The notes under the pieces: generated by a model | Told to the model about the DNA's origin: nothing | The model's input: the letters and a program-made list of their open reading frames with translations, nothing else | Databases searched by the model: none | Shown: positions 47,064 to 56,245 of the stretch, one piece after another | Layout of the letters: every line of letters starts with the position of its first letter | Position numbering within the stretch: the first letter of the stretch is position 1 | Translations under genes and position numbers: made by a program | Origin: Candidatus Babelota bacterium | Lineage (GTDB): Bacteria; Babelota; Babeliae; Babelales; Vermiphilaceae | DNA: 64,000 bases | Direction: 5' to 3' | NCBI GenBank assembly: GCA_049325595.1 | Contig: JBMOLF010000010.1 | Coordinates: 1-64,000 of the forward strand

Positions 47064-48167
47064 ATGAAGCACTTAATTATATGTTTATTATTGGGAGCCA
47101 GCGCTATAAGCGCTGCTCCCAAGGTTGCGCTTATTACGGGTGTGACGGGCCAAGATGGATCGTATCTTGCTGAGTTTTTATTAAAAAAGGGGTATATAGT
47201 ACACGGTATTAAACGTCGTGGGTCATTGATTAATAATACACAACGAGTTGATCATATTTATGAAGATCCACATTGTGCTAAACAATTTTTTCTACACTAT
47301 GGTGAAATGACTGATGCAGCTAATTTAGTGCGCATTATTCAAGAAGTGCAACCGGATGAAATTTACAATTTAGCTGCTCAAAGCCACGTGCAAGTTTCAT
47401 TTGAGGAGCCTATTTATACAGCACATGCTGATGGTGTTGGTGCGCTTAATATTTTAGAAGCTATTCGTATTTTGGGTATGACTAAAAAAGTGCGTTTTTA
47501 TCAAGCATCAACCAGCGAAATGTTTGGAAAAGTACAAGAAATACCACAAAAAGAAACCACACCGTTTTATCCTCGTTCTCCCTATGGTGTTTCTAAATTG
47601 TATGCGCATTGGATTACCAAAAATTTCCGTGAAGCCTATGGTATTTTTGCTGTCAGTGGTATTTTATTTAATCACGAATCACCACGACGCGGCGAAACAT
47701 TTGTAACCAGAAAAATTGCTCGGGCTGTTGCACGTATTGCAGCTGGATACCATGAAATTCTGTACCTTGGTAACCTAGATGCTTGTCGTGACTGGGGCCA
47801 TGCTCGCGATTACGTAGAGGCAATGTGGCTTATGTTGCAACAAGAAACACCAGAAGATTTTGTAATAGCGACAGGAGAAACTCATTCAGTTCGTGAATTT
47901 GTAGAACTCTCATTTAAAGAAGTTGGCATTGAAATTGAATGGACAGGTACTGGTCTTGATGAAAAAGGTATTGATAAAGCAACGGGTAAAGTATTAGTAA
48001 AAGTTGACCCGCGTTACTTTAGACCAACCGAAGTTGATTATTTGCTTGGTGATGCAACAAAAGCAAATAATATTCTAGGATGGAAGCCGCGCACTACCTT
48101 CTGTGAACTCGTTACCGAAATGGTACAAGCAGAAGTCCGTGCTTTAGATATCGATTTAAATTTTTAA
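47064..48167 (+). CDS. gmd: GDP-mannose 4,6-dehydratase with signal peptide
   Basis: [40 protein letters not shown] and RPTEVD motifs. Confidence 0.96.
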   Translation: MKHLIICLLLGASAISAAPKVALITGVTGQDGSYLAEFLLKKGYIVHGIKRRGSLINNTQRVDHIYEDPHCAKQFFLHYGEMTDAANLVRIIQEVQPDEIYNLAAQSHVQVSFEEPIYTAHADGVGALNILEAIRILGMTKKVRFYQASTSEMFGKVQEIPQKETTPFYPRSPYGVSKLYAHWITKNFREAYGIFAVSGILFNHESPRRGETFVTRKIARAVARIAAGYHEILYLGNLDACRDWGHARDYVEAMWLMLQQETPEDFVIATGETHSVREFVELSFKEVGIEIEWTGTGLDEKGIDKATGKVLVKVDPRYFRPTEVDYLLGDATKANNILGWKPRTTFCELVTEMVQAEVRALDIDLNF

Positions 48168-48185
48168 AAAATTAATTATTTATAA

Positions 48186-48227
48186 AAAAAATAAAGAGAG
48201 CGCATTAAAACGCTCTCTTTATTTTTT
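48186..48227. terminator. Bidirectional terminator
   Basis: aaaaaataaagagagcg ... cgctctctttatttttt. Confidence 0.75.
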
Positions 48228-48241
48228 AGGCAAAGGAACAC

Positions 48242-48430
48242 TTACGATTTTTTGTGTTCTTTTTTTTGCTCATTTTGTTTACCATGCTCTTGGCCATGTT
48301 TCCAGCCTTGAGTAGTACCAAATTTGCCTTCTTGTTTTTGTTCTTGGCCGTGTTTTACATGACCTTGTTTTTCATGTTGAGTTTTCTCGTGTTGACCTTG
48401 GCCATTTCCTTTTTTGAATTGGTTAGCCAT
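48242..48430 (-). CDS. Small hydrophilic Q/K/E/G/H-rich low-complexity protein
   Basis: SD AAAGGGG; repeats QHEK and KHGQE; ends just before a terminator. Confidence 0.65.
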   Translation of the reverse strand: MANQFKKGNGQGQHEKTQHEKQGHVKHGQEQKQEGKFGTTQGWKHGQEHGKQNEQKKEHKKS

Positions 48431-48714
48431 TGTTACCCCTTTTTTGGTTTAAATAATATTAACAGATAAAAAAGTTTCTATAATTTAGGTTTTTATAGTT
48501 ATTTTTTTATATTTTAATAATAAATCATATTTGTAACAAAATGCAAGGGTTTACAAAAATTAAAAACTAGTAAATAAAAGCGTTTTTTGGGTTTTTTTAA
48601 AGTGACTATAAATTCATATTTGTGGTGATTTTAATTTCTTTTAAATTTACGAGTTTCATAAAAAGATTTATAGTAAAATTATTAGAAAACACACCCTTCT
48701 TTTTGAGGTTCATT

Positions 48715-49911
48715 ATGATAATTTCTCTGCGTTATTTTTTGTTTCTTATATTGTTAACGAGTGTTGGTTGGACGGGATGGGGCATTTATAGTTATTTTTT
48801 TGATCCTACCCTTCCTTCTATTACCATTAGTGGCATAGAAAATGATTGTTATTATGCGGGTGATATTCAATGTGGTGTATCCAGCAATAAAACAGGACAG
48901 CTTTCCATTTGGCTTGATGGGCAACCGTTAATTAATAGTTTTAAGCTTGGTGCTAAAGAGCAAGATCATCCTTTTACCGTGCCAACTAAAACAATTACCA
49001 ACGGTAAACATGTTCTCAAAGTTGAATTGCAAGATAGCACCTGGCGAAAAAATAAAGCAGTTGTTGAAAAAAACTTTTGTGTAGACAATGTTCCCTTACA
49101 AGCGGCATTTGTTCGTTCTGAAGCAGATTATAAAGTCTTTCAAGGAAGAACTTTACATTTACAATTTCAAGTAAACAAAGAGATTCAAGAAGCTCAAATT
49201 AATACGTTGTCTCGTTCATTTGATTGTTTTCCTGAAACAAAAGATTCGATGATATACGAGTGCTTTATTCCAATTTCTTGTGAAGAAATGCCTAATGAAT
49301 ATTTACTTTCAGTAGTGGTAAAAGATAAAGTTGGTAACGCGCTTAATCTAGATAGCAAGTTTCAGGTGGTGATGTATCCATTTAAAAAACAAGCTTTACA
49401 TGTTAGTTCAGAAAAAGTTGCAGAGGAAAAAGCAATAAGTCTTTCTGGGCAGCTTCTTGAGCAAGAACTTGAAAAGCTTGTACAAAATTCACCTCGACAA
49501 AAATTATGGCGCGGTGCATTTTGTGAGCCGATCGAAGTTGCTCGCGTGACCTGTGAATTTGGTACCATTCGAACGACTAAAGAAAAAGGTCGTTACATGC
49601 ATAAAGGGATAGATGTAATTAATACGCCAAAATGCGTAGTATGGGCGCCTCAAGATGGTATTGTAGTACTTAAAGAACGCTATGAGTTTAGTGGGAATAC
49701 CGTGGTAATTGACCATGGCATGGGTGTGCTTTCCTTATTTTTCCACCTAGATAGTTTTGCAGACATATCTGTTGGTCAAAGAATTGCAAAAGGCAATCCA
49801 CTAGGAACAATGGGAATGACTGGTTATGCGACCGGATACCATTTACATTGGGAAATGCGAGTAGCTAATATTCAAGTTGATCCAATGCAATGGACTAAGC
49901 CTAACTTTTAA
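48715..49911 (+). CDS. M23 family metallopeptidase with N-terminal anchor (start ~48715)
   Basis: HKGID, GNTVVIDHG, FFHL and ATGYHLHWE motifs. Confidence 0.9.
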   Translation: MIISLRYFLFLILLTSVGWTGWGIYSYFFDPTLPSITISGIENDCYYAGDIQCGVSSNKTGQLSIWLDGQPLINSFKLGAKEQDHPFTVPTKTITNGKHVLKVELQDSTWRKNKAVVEKNFCVDNVPLQAAFVRSEADYKVFQGRTLHLQFQVNKEIQEAQINTLSRSFDCFPETKDSMIYECFIPISCEEMPNEYLLSVVVKDKVGNALNLDSKFQVVMYPFKKQALHVSSEKVAEEKAISLSGQLLEQELEKLVQNSPRQKLWRGAFCEPIEVARVTCEFGTIRTTKEKGRYMHKGIDVINTPKCVVWAPQDGIVVLKERYEFSGNTVVIDHGMGVLSLFFHLDSFADISVGQRIAKGNPLGTMGMTGYATGYHLHWEMRVANIQVDPMQWTKPNF

Positions 49912-49934
49912 ATAAAAAAACGGGGGAGTAGTAG

Positions 49935-50432
49935 ATGATTTTTAGGATAAATGAGAGTGACAGAAAAAATATATTAAACAGATATTTACCCTATTTTTTA
50001 CTGCTTCTTATTATAAGCTTTTTATGTGCAGGATGGTTTGTTATCTACTACCATCCTTTACAATTAAAAGTGCATACTCGCACAGCTCATCAGCAACAAT
50101 TATTGCAAAAATATTGCACTACATTAAAACGACAACAAGCTGAATTGCTACCAGTTGTACCAGAGCTTGAAACAGCTACTATCCCCGAGCTTATTCAAGA
50201 AATTATAGAAATGGTTGACCAAAACAATTTAGCGCTCATTTCATGTGATTTACATAAAAAAAATAATCTCATTTATCATTGTAACTTGTCATATCACGGT
50301 TTAATTGAACAATCATATACGATGCTTAATAATCTTGAGCAAAAGAATATCAAAATTAAAAAAATTTCAATGAAAAATTCTGAATCTGGTAGTGCAATGC
50401 ACCGTCTGATCATAGAATTGCAACAAGCTTAA
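49935..50432 (+). CDS. PilO/GspM-like bitopic protein
   Basis: One TM, coiled coil, then a ferredoxin-like pattern (L.Y.G......ML..LE). Confidence 0.45.
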   Translation: MIFRINESDRKNILNRYLPYFLLLLIISFLCAGWFVIYYHPLQLKVHTRTAHQQQLLQKYCTTLKRQQAELLPVVPELETATIPELIQEIIEMVDQNNLALISCDLHKKNNLIYHCNLSYHGLIEQSYTMLNNLEQKNIKIKKISMKNSESGSAMHRLIIELQQA

Positions 50433-50445
50433 TAAGCTTATTGTG

Positions 50446-50483
50446 TCAAAAAAAACCCTTCAACTTGAATAAGCTGAAGGGTT
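50446..50483 (-). terminator. Intrinsic terminator (minus strand)
   Basis: aacccttcagctt-attc-aagttgaagggtt followed by a T-tract on the minus strand. Confidence 0.75.
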
Positions 50484-50542
50484 AGGGGGTGAACAATACA
50501 AAGAGGTATTGTTCGTTTAGGGATTTTTTTAACACGTAGTTC
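50447..50542 (-). ncRNA. Candidate ~95-nt small RNA
   Basis: Own promoter (50549-50577), internal hairpin gaacaatac/gtattgttc and a terminator; no SD-led ORF. Confidence 0.55.
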
Positions 50543-50548
50543 GTGGAG

Positions 50549-50577
50549 ATCCTAACAACCAACTTTTTTATTGTCAA
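50549..50577 (-). promoter_or_regulatory. Near-consensus sigma70 promoter with extended -10
   Basis: TTGACA-17 nt-TAGGAT with TGn before the -10 box. Confidence 0.7.
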
Positions 50578-50582
50578 GTTTC

Positions 50583-51356
50583 TCACATGTTACATGTCTT
50601 ATTCTGTTTGTTGAAAAAAAATTGACGCAAAGGAGAATGAACAAGTCTGAGTTTTACTAATGAGCTGAGCATGCGCAAACCACCTTTAAAAAGCTTTAAT
50701 TTACTATCAGCTTGATCATGCCAAACAGTAGGAATCTCTTTAATCTTTGCCTTTTGTTTTTTGCATAAATAAAGCAGTTCTACATCAAATGCCCATTGCG
50801 TAACCGTAAATTTATCGATGATAGCCTGAATAACGGGTCGTTTAAAAATTTTAGCTCCACATTGAAAATCTGCATACCGTATGCCAAATAACATCCATGC
50901 CAGATTTTCATAAACCAGCTTGCTTCCCATTCGCTTTATAAAAGGTCGTGCTGGGCTTACGTGCGCACCCTTCATATATCTACTTGCAATGATACCATCG
51001 CACGATGAAATCTGCTCAATGAGCTGAAAAAAATATTCAGGTCGGGTAGCCATATCAGCATCGACAAATCCAATAAGATCATTTGTCCCCTGCAAAGCAT
51101 GTGAAAATCCTTGCGCTATAGCAAACCCTTTGCCTGCTTGTTCATAATTAAGCACGACAATTTGTTGGTGCTTTTGAGCAAATTGATGTGCAACCTCGAT
51201 GGTTTTATCAGAACAACCATTTAACACAATTATAAATTCATAATCATGTATTACTTGTTGTTCTTTTTTTTCGTGAAAAAATTGACAATAATTATCAACT
51301 GTTTTACCAAGTCGACGTTCTTCATTATGGGCTGGGATCACAATACTAATTTTCAT
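50583..51356 (-). CDS. Dolichyl/polyprenyl-phosphate glycosyltransferase-like GT2
   Basis: IPAHNEE, GKG.A, FVDADMAT, ASRY, DFQCGAK and FDVELL motifs; no signal peptide. Confidence 0.88.
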   Translation of the reverse strand: MKISIVIPAHNEERRLGKTVDNYCQFFHEKKEQQVIHDYEFIIVLNGCSDKTIEVAHQFAQKHQQIVVLNYEQAGKGFAIAQGFSHALQGTNDLIGFVDADMATRPEYFFQLIEQISSCDGIIASRYMKGAHVSPARPFIKRMGSKLVYENLAWMLFGIRYADFQCGAKIFKRPVIQAIIDKFTVTQWAFDVELLYLCKKQKAKIKEIPTVWHDQADSKLKLFKGGLRMLSSLVKLRLVHSPLRQFFFNKQNKTCNM

Positions 51357-51376
51357 GGCTACCTTTTATGCCCAAT

Positions 51377-52180
51377 TTAGGCTTCAATATCAGCAAGTTG
51401 TTCTTCGTGGCATCCTTGCTTTATTATTTCTTCAATTTGCTCTAAAGTGGCTTTTTTTCGAGCTAAATAATATTTATATAAAATACCATCGTGTAAATTC
51501 TGGATTCCAGTGTAGCCAGCTTCTAAACTCCAGCGCAATATTTTGCCCCAAAATAATGCAAAGTAGATAATCATCACAATCTCATTTGGTTCTTCATGAA
51601 CTGAATAGAGATTATTGTTATGACGCACTACATGAAAAGATGATGTTGATCGATTGGTAGCTTTGTTGGCAGATTTTAGTATTGCCCAATGAGCTTGTTT
51701 AGGAAGAAAATAAGATCCGATTAAAGATACTAATGAACCGGTGCTTAAAGCAGCAAGATATTTTTTTTCGGTTTTATAATTAAAAAGCAAATTAGAAAGA
51801 TAACCAATGCCTGATATACTTAGCAAGCTAGCGCAAATTTTTGCTATTCCCTTGCTAATTAAAATGGGATGTTTTTTTATATCACTTGCTAATTGCTTAT
51901 TTATCGCATCTATTTCATCTTTGGTAAGTGATTCAAGATATTTTTTTTCATTACGATAATTAAAGCGAATTTTCTTTTCTCGAGTATTGTATCGATTGTC
52001 AAAACTCTCTGAAAAGCGTTCTGCGTCAAGACCTTCTTTGATTAATTCATCAATTTCAGGGCCAGCGTAACAGGCATTTCTTATTTTATCAAAAAATTGA
52101 AGCCAACTTCCTTGATAGGTTGCTTGAGTCATAGGTGTCATAAATAAGAGCAATAAAGCCTTACGAGGGCAATAGTTCAT
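51377..52180 (-). CDS. Hypothetical protein, signal peptide plus TM segments (start ATG 52180)
   Basis: Leader MNYCPRKALLLLFMTPMTQA. The longer ORF would overlap the divergent methyltransferase. Confidence 0.65.
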   Translation of the reverse strand: MNYCPRKALLLLFMTPMTQATYQGSWLQFFDKIRNACYAGPEIDELIKEGLDAERFSESFDNRYNTREKKIRFNYRNEKKYLESLTKDEIDAINKQLASDIKKHPILISKGIAKICASLLSISGIGYLSNLLFNYKTEKKYLAALSTGSLVSLIGSYFLPKQAHWAILKSANKATNRSTSSFHVVRHNNNLYSVHEEPNEIVMIIYFALFWGKILRWSLEAGYTGIQNLHDGILYKYYLARKKATLEQIEEIIKQGCHEEQLADIEA

Positions 52181-52258
52181 GTTGTAACCTTTATTAATTT
52201 TAAGTATGTTAGAAAATGAATACAGCCAATAATAAAATATCTTTGCTAAGTACTCAAT

Positions 52259-52918
52259 ATGAAACAGATTAAACATCATCAAATTCTTGAGACAGTTAAA
52301 CCTTATTTGCCCAATGCTCCTATTGTAGTTGAAGCTGGTGCATTTGATGGTGCTGATACTAAAAAAATGGCATTGTTGTGGCCTGAAGGCACCATTCATG
52401 CATTTGAACCCGTGCCCAAAAATTTTGAGCTGTTAAAAAATAATACTGTTGCGTATAAAAATATTTGCTGTTATCCACTCGCATTAAGTAACACTACCGG
52501 TTATGCAACTTTTTATTCAGCTATTAATCCTGCAAAACCAGATAAACCATGTCAGGCTGGCTCACTATTAGCGCCCAAAGAGCGATTGAGCCATTCGCCA
52601 ATGGTTTATCAAGAAACTATTCAGGTGCCGGCTATTACGCTTGATGATTGGGCTGAGAAAGAAGAAGTTAATCAAGTGGATTTTTTATGGCTTGATATGC
52701 AAGGGCATGAGTTATCGGTGATTAAAAGTTCTCCTGTTATCATGACTACCGTAAAAGCAATTTATACAGAGGTTCATTTTATAGAGGCTTATGAAGGCCA
52801 ATCTTCCTATCAAGAATTAAAAAATTATTTAGAATCTATTGGATTTACTATGGTAGCCCGTGATTTTACCGAGCCACCATCTTGGTTTTTTGGGAATGCA
52901 TTATTTGTACGTTTATAA
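52259..52918 (+). CDS. FkbM-family SAM-dependent methyltransferase
   Basis: VEAGAFDG, AFEP, TLDDW and LWLDMQGHE motifs. Confidence 0.88.
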   Translation: MKQIKHHQILETVKPYLPNAPIVVEAGAFDGADTKKMALLWPEGTIHAFEPVPKNFELLKNNTVAYKNICCYPLALSNTTGYATFYSAINPAKPDKPCQAGSLLAPKERLSHSPMVYQETIQVPAITLDDWAEKEEVNQVDFLWLDMQGHELSVIKSSPVIMTTVKAIYTEVHFIEAYEGQSSYQELKNYLESIGFTMVARDFTEPPSWFFGNALFVRL

Positions 52919-52920
52919 GA

Positions 52921-53484
52921 TTAATTTTTAAATCCACTATTAATCCGTTGAATTTTTTTACCATACATCATAACTAAAAGTCCTGGTAAAACCCACGTTA
53001 AGGATTTCTTTTTTAGATTTTCATCAGCAAGATGGGTAGTTAAAAATGTATAAGGAGTAGGATTATCAATGGTAGGTAATTTATCACTTAATATTTTTAC
53101 AATAACGTTACAATAAGTTTTCTGAAATTGCTCCCAGCTTAAACTGTCTTGTTTTAATAATGCTTGGTAATAATCTTCTTCAAATTCTTTAATTTCACAT
53201 ATCTTATTCAAAATGTTACTTGCGTTGTCGGTAATGCTTCTTTTAAAGATAGAGCGATGATTTTTAGGCAAAACATTAATTTGATTATGAGTTTTGGTAA
53301 TAATTTCTTGCAAAGTAACATTTGACCAATTATTGGGATATGCTAATGCCTGTACAAATAAGGTATTTAAGTCGGTAATCTCTTGCGTATCTAATTCGAC
53401 TTGATCTAAGCGGCATAGTGTTTGTTTTTCTTGCGCGGCAATAGTGCCGGTAATAAAAAATAATAATATGTAAATAATTTTCAT
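52921..53484 (-). CDS. Hypothetical secreted protein (start ~53484)
   Basis: Leader MKIIYILLFFITGTIAA; weak similarity to 53662-54273. Confidence 0.65.
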   Translation of the reverse strand: MKIIYILLFFITGTIAAQEKQTLCRLDQVELDTQEITDLNTLFVQALAYPNNWSNVTLQEIITKTHNQINVLPKNHRSIFKRSITDNASNILNKICEIKEFEEDYYQALLKQDSLSWEQFQKTYCNVIVKILSDKLPTIDNPTPYTFLTTHLADENLKKKSLTWVLPGLLVMMYGKKIQRINSGFKN

Positions 53485-53661
53485 AATATACTCGATAGTA
53501 ATTTGTATTAATACAATAGGTAAGCCCACAAGTGCTTACCTATATATTATCATATTAATCGGGCATTTTAAATTTCTGTTTTGCAATTTGTTTGACACTA
53601 TAACGAATAGATTCAGGGAATAACCAGTAAAATAACTCTTTTTTTATTTCATGTGATCCTT

Positions 53662-54273
53662 TTATTTGTTAACCGGTATATTAGGACATCCACATGAAGA
53701 CTGGGTGCGTTGTATTTGGCGGATATAGTATAAAATTATATTTCCGGCGAGTAACCACTTTTTGGCTGCCTCTGGTAGATCTTTATTTGCGCGTAAAAAT
53801 TCTTCATAGCTCCTAGAAGAAGGATTAGTTTGAAAGCAAACGCCTTTAGTTTGTAAAATTTCTTTCCCAACATGATAAGCACCAATGCGATAATTGTTCC
53901 ATGCTTCTAAACTATTTTCTTCTTTTGCTTTTTTATAGAGTTCTTGATAGTGCGTATCTTTTTCATGCAATTCAAAAAGTTCATCAAGAGTGTAGCGCGT
54001 TTCCATATTAAAGGAGGCAGTGTAAGTGAGATGAGGTTGATATTTATAAGATTCTATCCATGGTTCTAAGCTTTTGTAAAAAAGAGTAGCGTTATTAGTT
54101 TCTGATTCAGCATTGATTTTTTTACTTACGTCCAAGGTAGTTTGCATGCCTCCAAGAAATTCAGTGATGGCAACCGAATCTAATTTCACTTTATTCATTG
54201 GCCGTAATGTATTGTCCATAGTAAATAATGCCAAATTCGAGCTAAGAATTGCGATACATAATAATTTATTCAT
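53662..54273 (-). CDS. Hypothetical secreted protein
   Basis: SD AAAGGA; leader MNKLLCIAILSSNLALFT|M. Confidence 0.7.
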   Translation of the reverse strand: MNKLLCIAILSSNLALFTMDNTLRPMNKVKLDSVAITEFLGGMQTTLDVSKKINAESETNNATLFYKSLEPWIESYKYQPHLTYTASFNMETRYTLDELFELHEKDTHYQELYKKAKEENSLEAWNNYRIGAYHVGKEILQTKGVCFQTNPSSRSYEEFLRANKDLPEAAKKWLLAGNIILYYIRQIQRTQSSCGCPNIPVNK

Positions 54274-54372
54274 ATAGTTTTCCTTTTTTTAAACTATTGC
54301 TTACTCACCTAAAAAAAAATTATCACTGTACTATTGAATCAACTAATATCATGTAATAAAAGGAAAAGAAAC

Positions 54373-55032
54373 ATGAAGATTTTTTTAGATACCGCATCTA
54401 TTGATGATATTAAACAGTTTGTGCAATTTGGTATTATTGATGGGGTAACAACTAATCCAACACATTTGTACAAGGCGGGCAAAGCGCCTCTTGATACCGT
54501 AAAAGAAATTACGAGTTTATTAAAAAATGGTGTAATTAGTGTAGAGGTTACTGAAGAAGAACCCGATGCCGTTTATCAGCAGGCTAAACGAATTGCGCAC
54601 ATAGCGCCTAATGTCGTGGTAAAAGTTCCTTGCCATGAAAAATATTATGAAGTTATAAATAAACTGGTGCAAGAAGAAGTACCGCTTAATATAACCTTGG
54701 TATTTAGTTTGTTGCAAAGCTTGATGATGTGCAAGTTAGGTGTCCGCTACATTTCTCCTTTTGTCGGTCGGCTTGATGATATTGATGCCGATGGTTCAGG
54801 ATTGCTTCATGATTTGCGACAAATGGTTGATACTTACAATTTTAAAACTCAAATTCTTGCCGCTTCAATTCGATCGGTTGATGATTTTCATCAAGCAGTT
54901 ATGGCTGGAGCTGATGTAGTAACTTTACCTACAGAAGTTTTGCGTAAAGCTCTCCAGCATCCATTAACGGATAAAGGCATGAAGCTGTTTCTTGATGATT
55001 GGCGCAAGCTTGGATATAAGTCGTTTGCTTAA
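54373..55032 (+). CDS. tal: Transaldolase (small TalC/Fsa family; start ATG 54373)
   Basis: IFLDTA, GVTTNP, SVEV, VVKVP, SPFVGRLDD and AASIR motifs. Confidence 0.9.
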   Translation: MKIFLDTASIDDIKQFVQFGIIDGVTTNPTHLYKAGKAPLDTVKEITSLLKNGVISVEVTEEEPDAVYQQAKRIAHIAPNVVVKVPCHEKYYEVINKLVQEEVPLNITLVFSLLQSLMMCKLGVRYISPFVGRLDDIDADGSGLLHDLRQMVDTYNFKTQILAASIRSVDDFHQAVMAGADVVTLPTEVLRKALQHPLTDKGMKLFLDDWRKLGYKSFA

Positions 55033-55445
55033 GGTGTTGTCCTGTAAAGTTCTAGCTTTTCAAGAACATCACCAACGGTTAGTTTTTTTAGTGAGAATGC
55101 ATCTTTTTTAGTGCCATATTTACGCATCTCTTTAAAATCAGAAAGCACTTTTGCAACAACTGAATCGCTTGAAAAGCTCTCTTGTAATTCTTTATCAACA
55201 ATTTTATCTTTCATGTTGCTTAGCTTTTGCCATAAAATTTTTTTATCTTCATCTGATAAGTGGACAAAGCAGATGGTAGGATAACTATTTTCTTCTTTAA
55301 TACCTAATGAAAATTGGTAATCAATTTTTTTGCCGTTAAAAGGGTGAGCATACCGAATGTTTGGTCGCATTTCTTGGCAAACTTTGTCATAGCTATTAAT
55401 CATAAAAATTAGCAATAGCCCATTTAAGAAAATTGTTTTTTTCAT
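55029..55445 (-). CDS. Hypothetical secreted protein
   Basis: Hydrophobic leader; ATGA coupling to the upstream gene. Confidence 0.65.
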   Translation of the reverse strand: MKKTIFLNGLLLIFMINSYDKVCQEMRPNIRYAHPFNGKKIDYQFSLGIKEENSYPTICFVHLSDEDKKILWQKLSNMKDKIVDKELQESFSSDSVVAKVLSDFKEMRKYGTKKDAFSLKKLTVGDVLEKLELYRTTP

Positions 55446-56131
55446 TCATTAGCCCTTTTTTTTGCATATACATAGACGGTTGTTTTTTTATTCCATGTCA
55501 TAGGTAATTGATAGGTTTTGAACAGCGTTAAATAATTATTTTCAGGCATTTTGCGTAAGGTAATAACATATCGTAATGATTGTGTCTTTGATAACGTGTT
55601 TGAAATCTGTTGCATTAATTTATCAGAAAAACAGGTTGAGCATAAAAAGATTACAGTAGCATCGGAAAAGTTTGTTTTAGTAATATCTGCAACACGCAAT
55701 TCGACTCGATCTTTAAAATCAATACCATACATGTTTTTTAAATTAATTACTGCCTGTTGAGCTCGTTCGATACGGGTTTTTGATAATTCAACACCTTTGG
55801 CTTTTGCCGGTGTTGTTAAAGCTACTTGTAAACAGGTTTGCGCAAGCCCACAACCAAGATCATAAAAAACATCTAGGGCTGATAAAGTAAGATCAGATAA
55901 TAGTGTTTGCAGCGCTTCAAAGGTAATTTCTCCATATGTAGGGTCGCCGCCAGCAGTTCTTATAGAAGCTGATTCCTGCGGTGGAATAACATAGCCATTT
56001 ATATTTTTATAAACAGTATTTATGATTTGCTGAGCCTGATTAGGTTTTAGTGGTAAAGATAGAACTGTATAACTAAAGAAAGTTATTATCAATAATGGTA
56101 CTAGATATAACGAGTGCTTCATACTACTCAA
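55442..56131 (-). CDS. DOT1-like (class I SAM) methyltransferase with signal peptide
   Basis: TYGEI, FYDLGCG, GVELS, ADI and ATVIFL.STCF motifs. Confidence 0.75.
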   Translation of the reverse strand: MSSMKHSLYLVPLLIITFFSYTVLSLPLKPNQAQQIINTVYKNINGYVIPPQESASIRTAGGDPTYGEITFEALQTLLSDLTLSALDVFYDLGCGLAQTCLQVALTTPAKAKGVELSKTRIERAQQAVINLKNMYGIDFKDRVELRVADITKTNFSDATVIFLCSTCFSDKLMQQISNTLSKTQSLRYVITLRKMPENNYLTLFKTYQLPMTWNKKTTVYVYAKKRANE

Positions 56132-56188
56132 TCCTTTTTACCATTTTTTCATAACTGGCAGATGTAATACAAGAACTTAAGCAAAAAA

Positions 56189-56221
56189 AGAAGGGAAGAG
56201 ATATAAAATCTCTTCCCTTCT
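56189..56221 (-). terminator. rpsA-ndk terminator
   Basis: agaagggaagagat-ataaa-atctcttcccttct with a T-tract on the minus strand. Confidence 0.75.
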
Positions 56222-56245
56222 AATTCATTTCTAATCTGAAATAGG

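Noticed and set aside
50447..50542. Identification of the sRNA as SRP, 6S, tmRNA or tRNA
   Set aside because: No SRP GGAA-loop domain, too short for 6S or tmRNA, and no cloverleaf.
52181..52399. N-terminal extension of ORF 51377-52399
   Set aside because: Overlaps the divergent FkbM gene; ATG 52180 gives a plausible leader.
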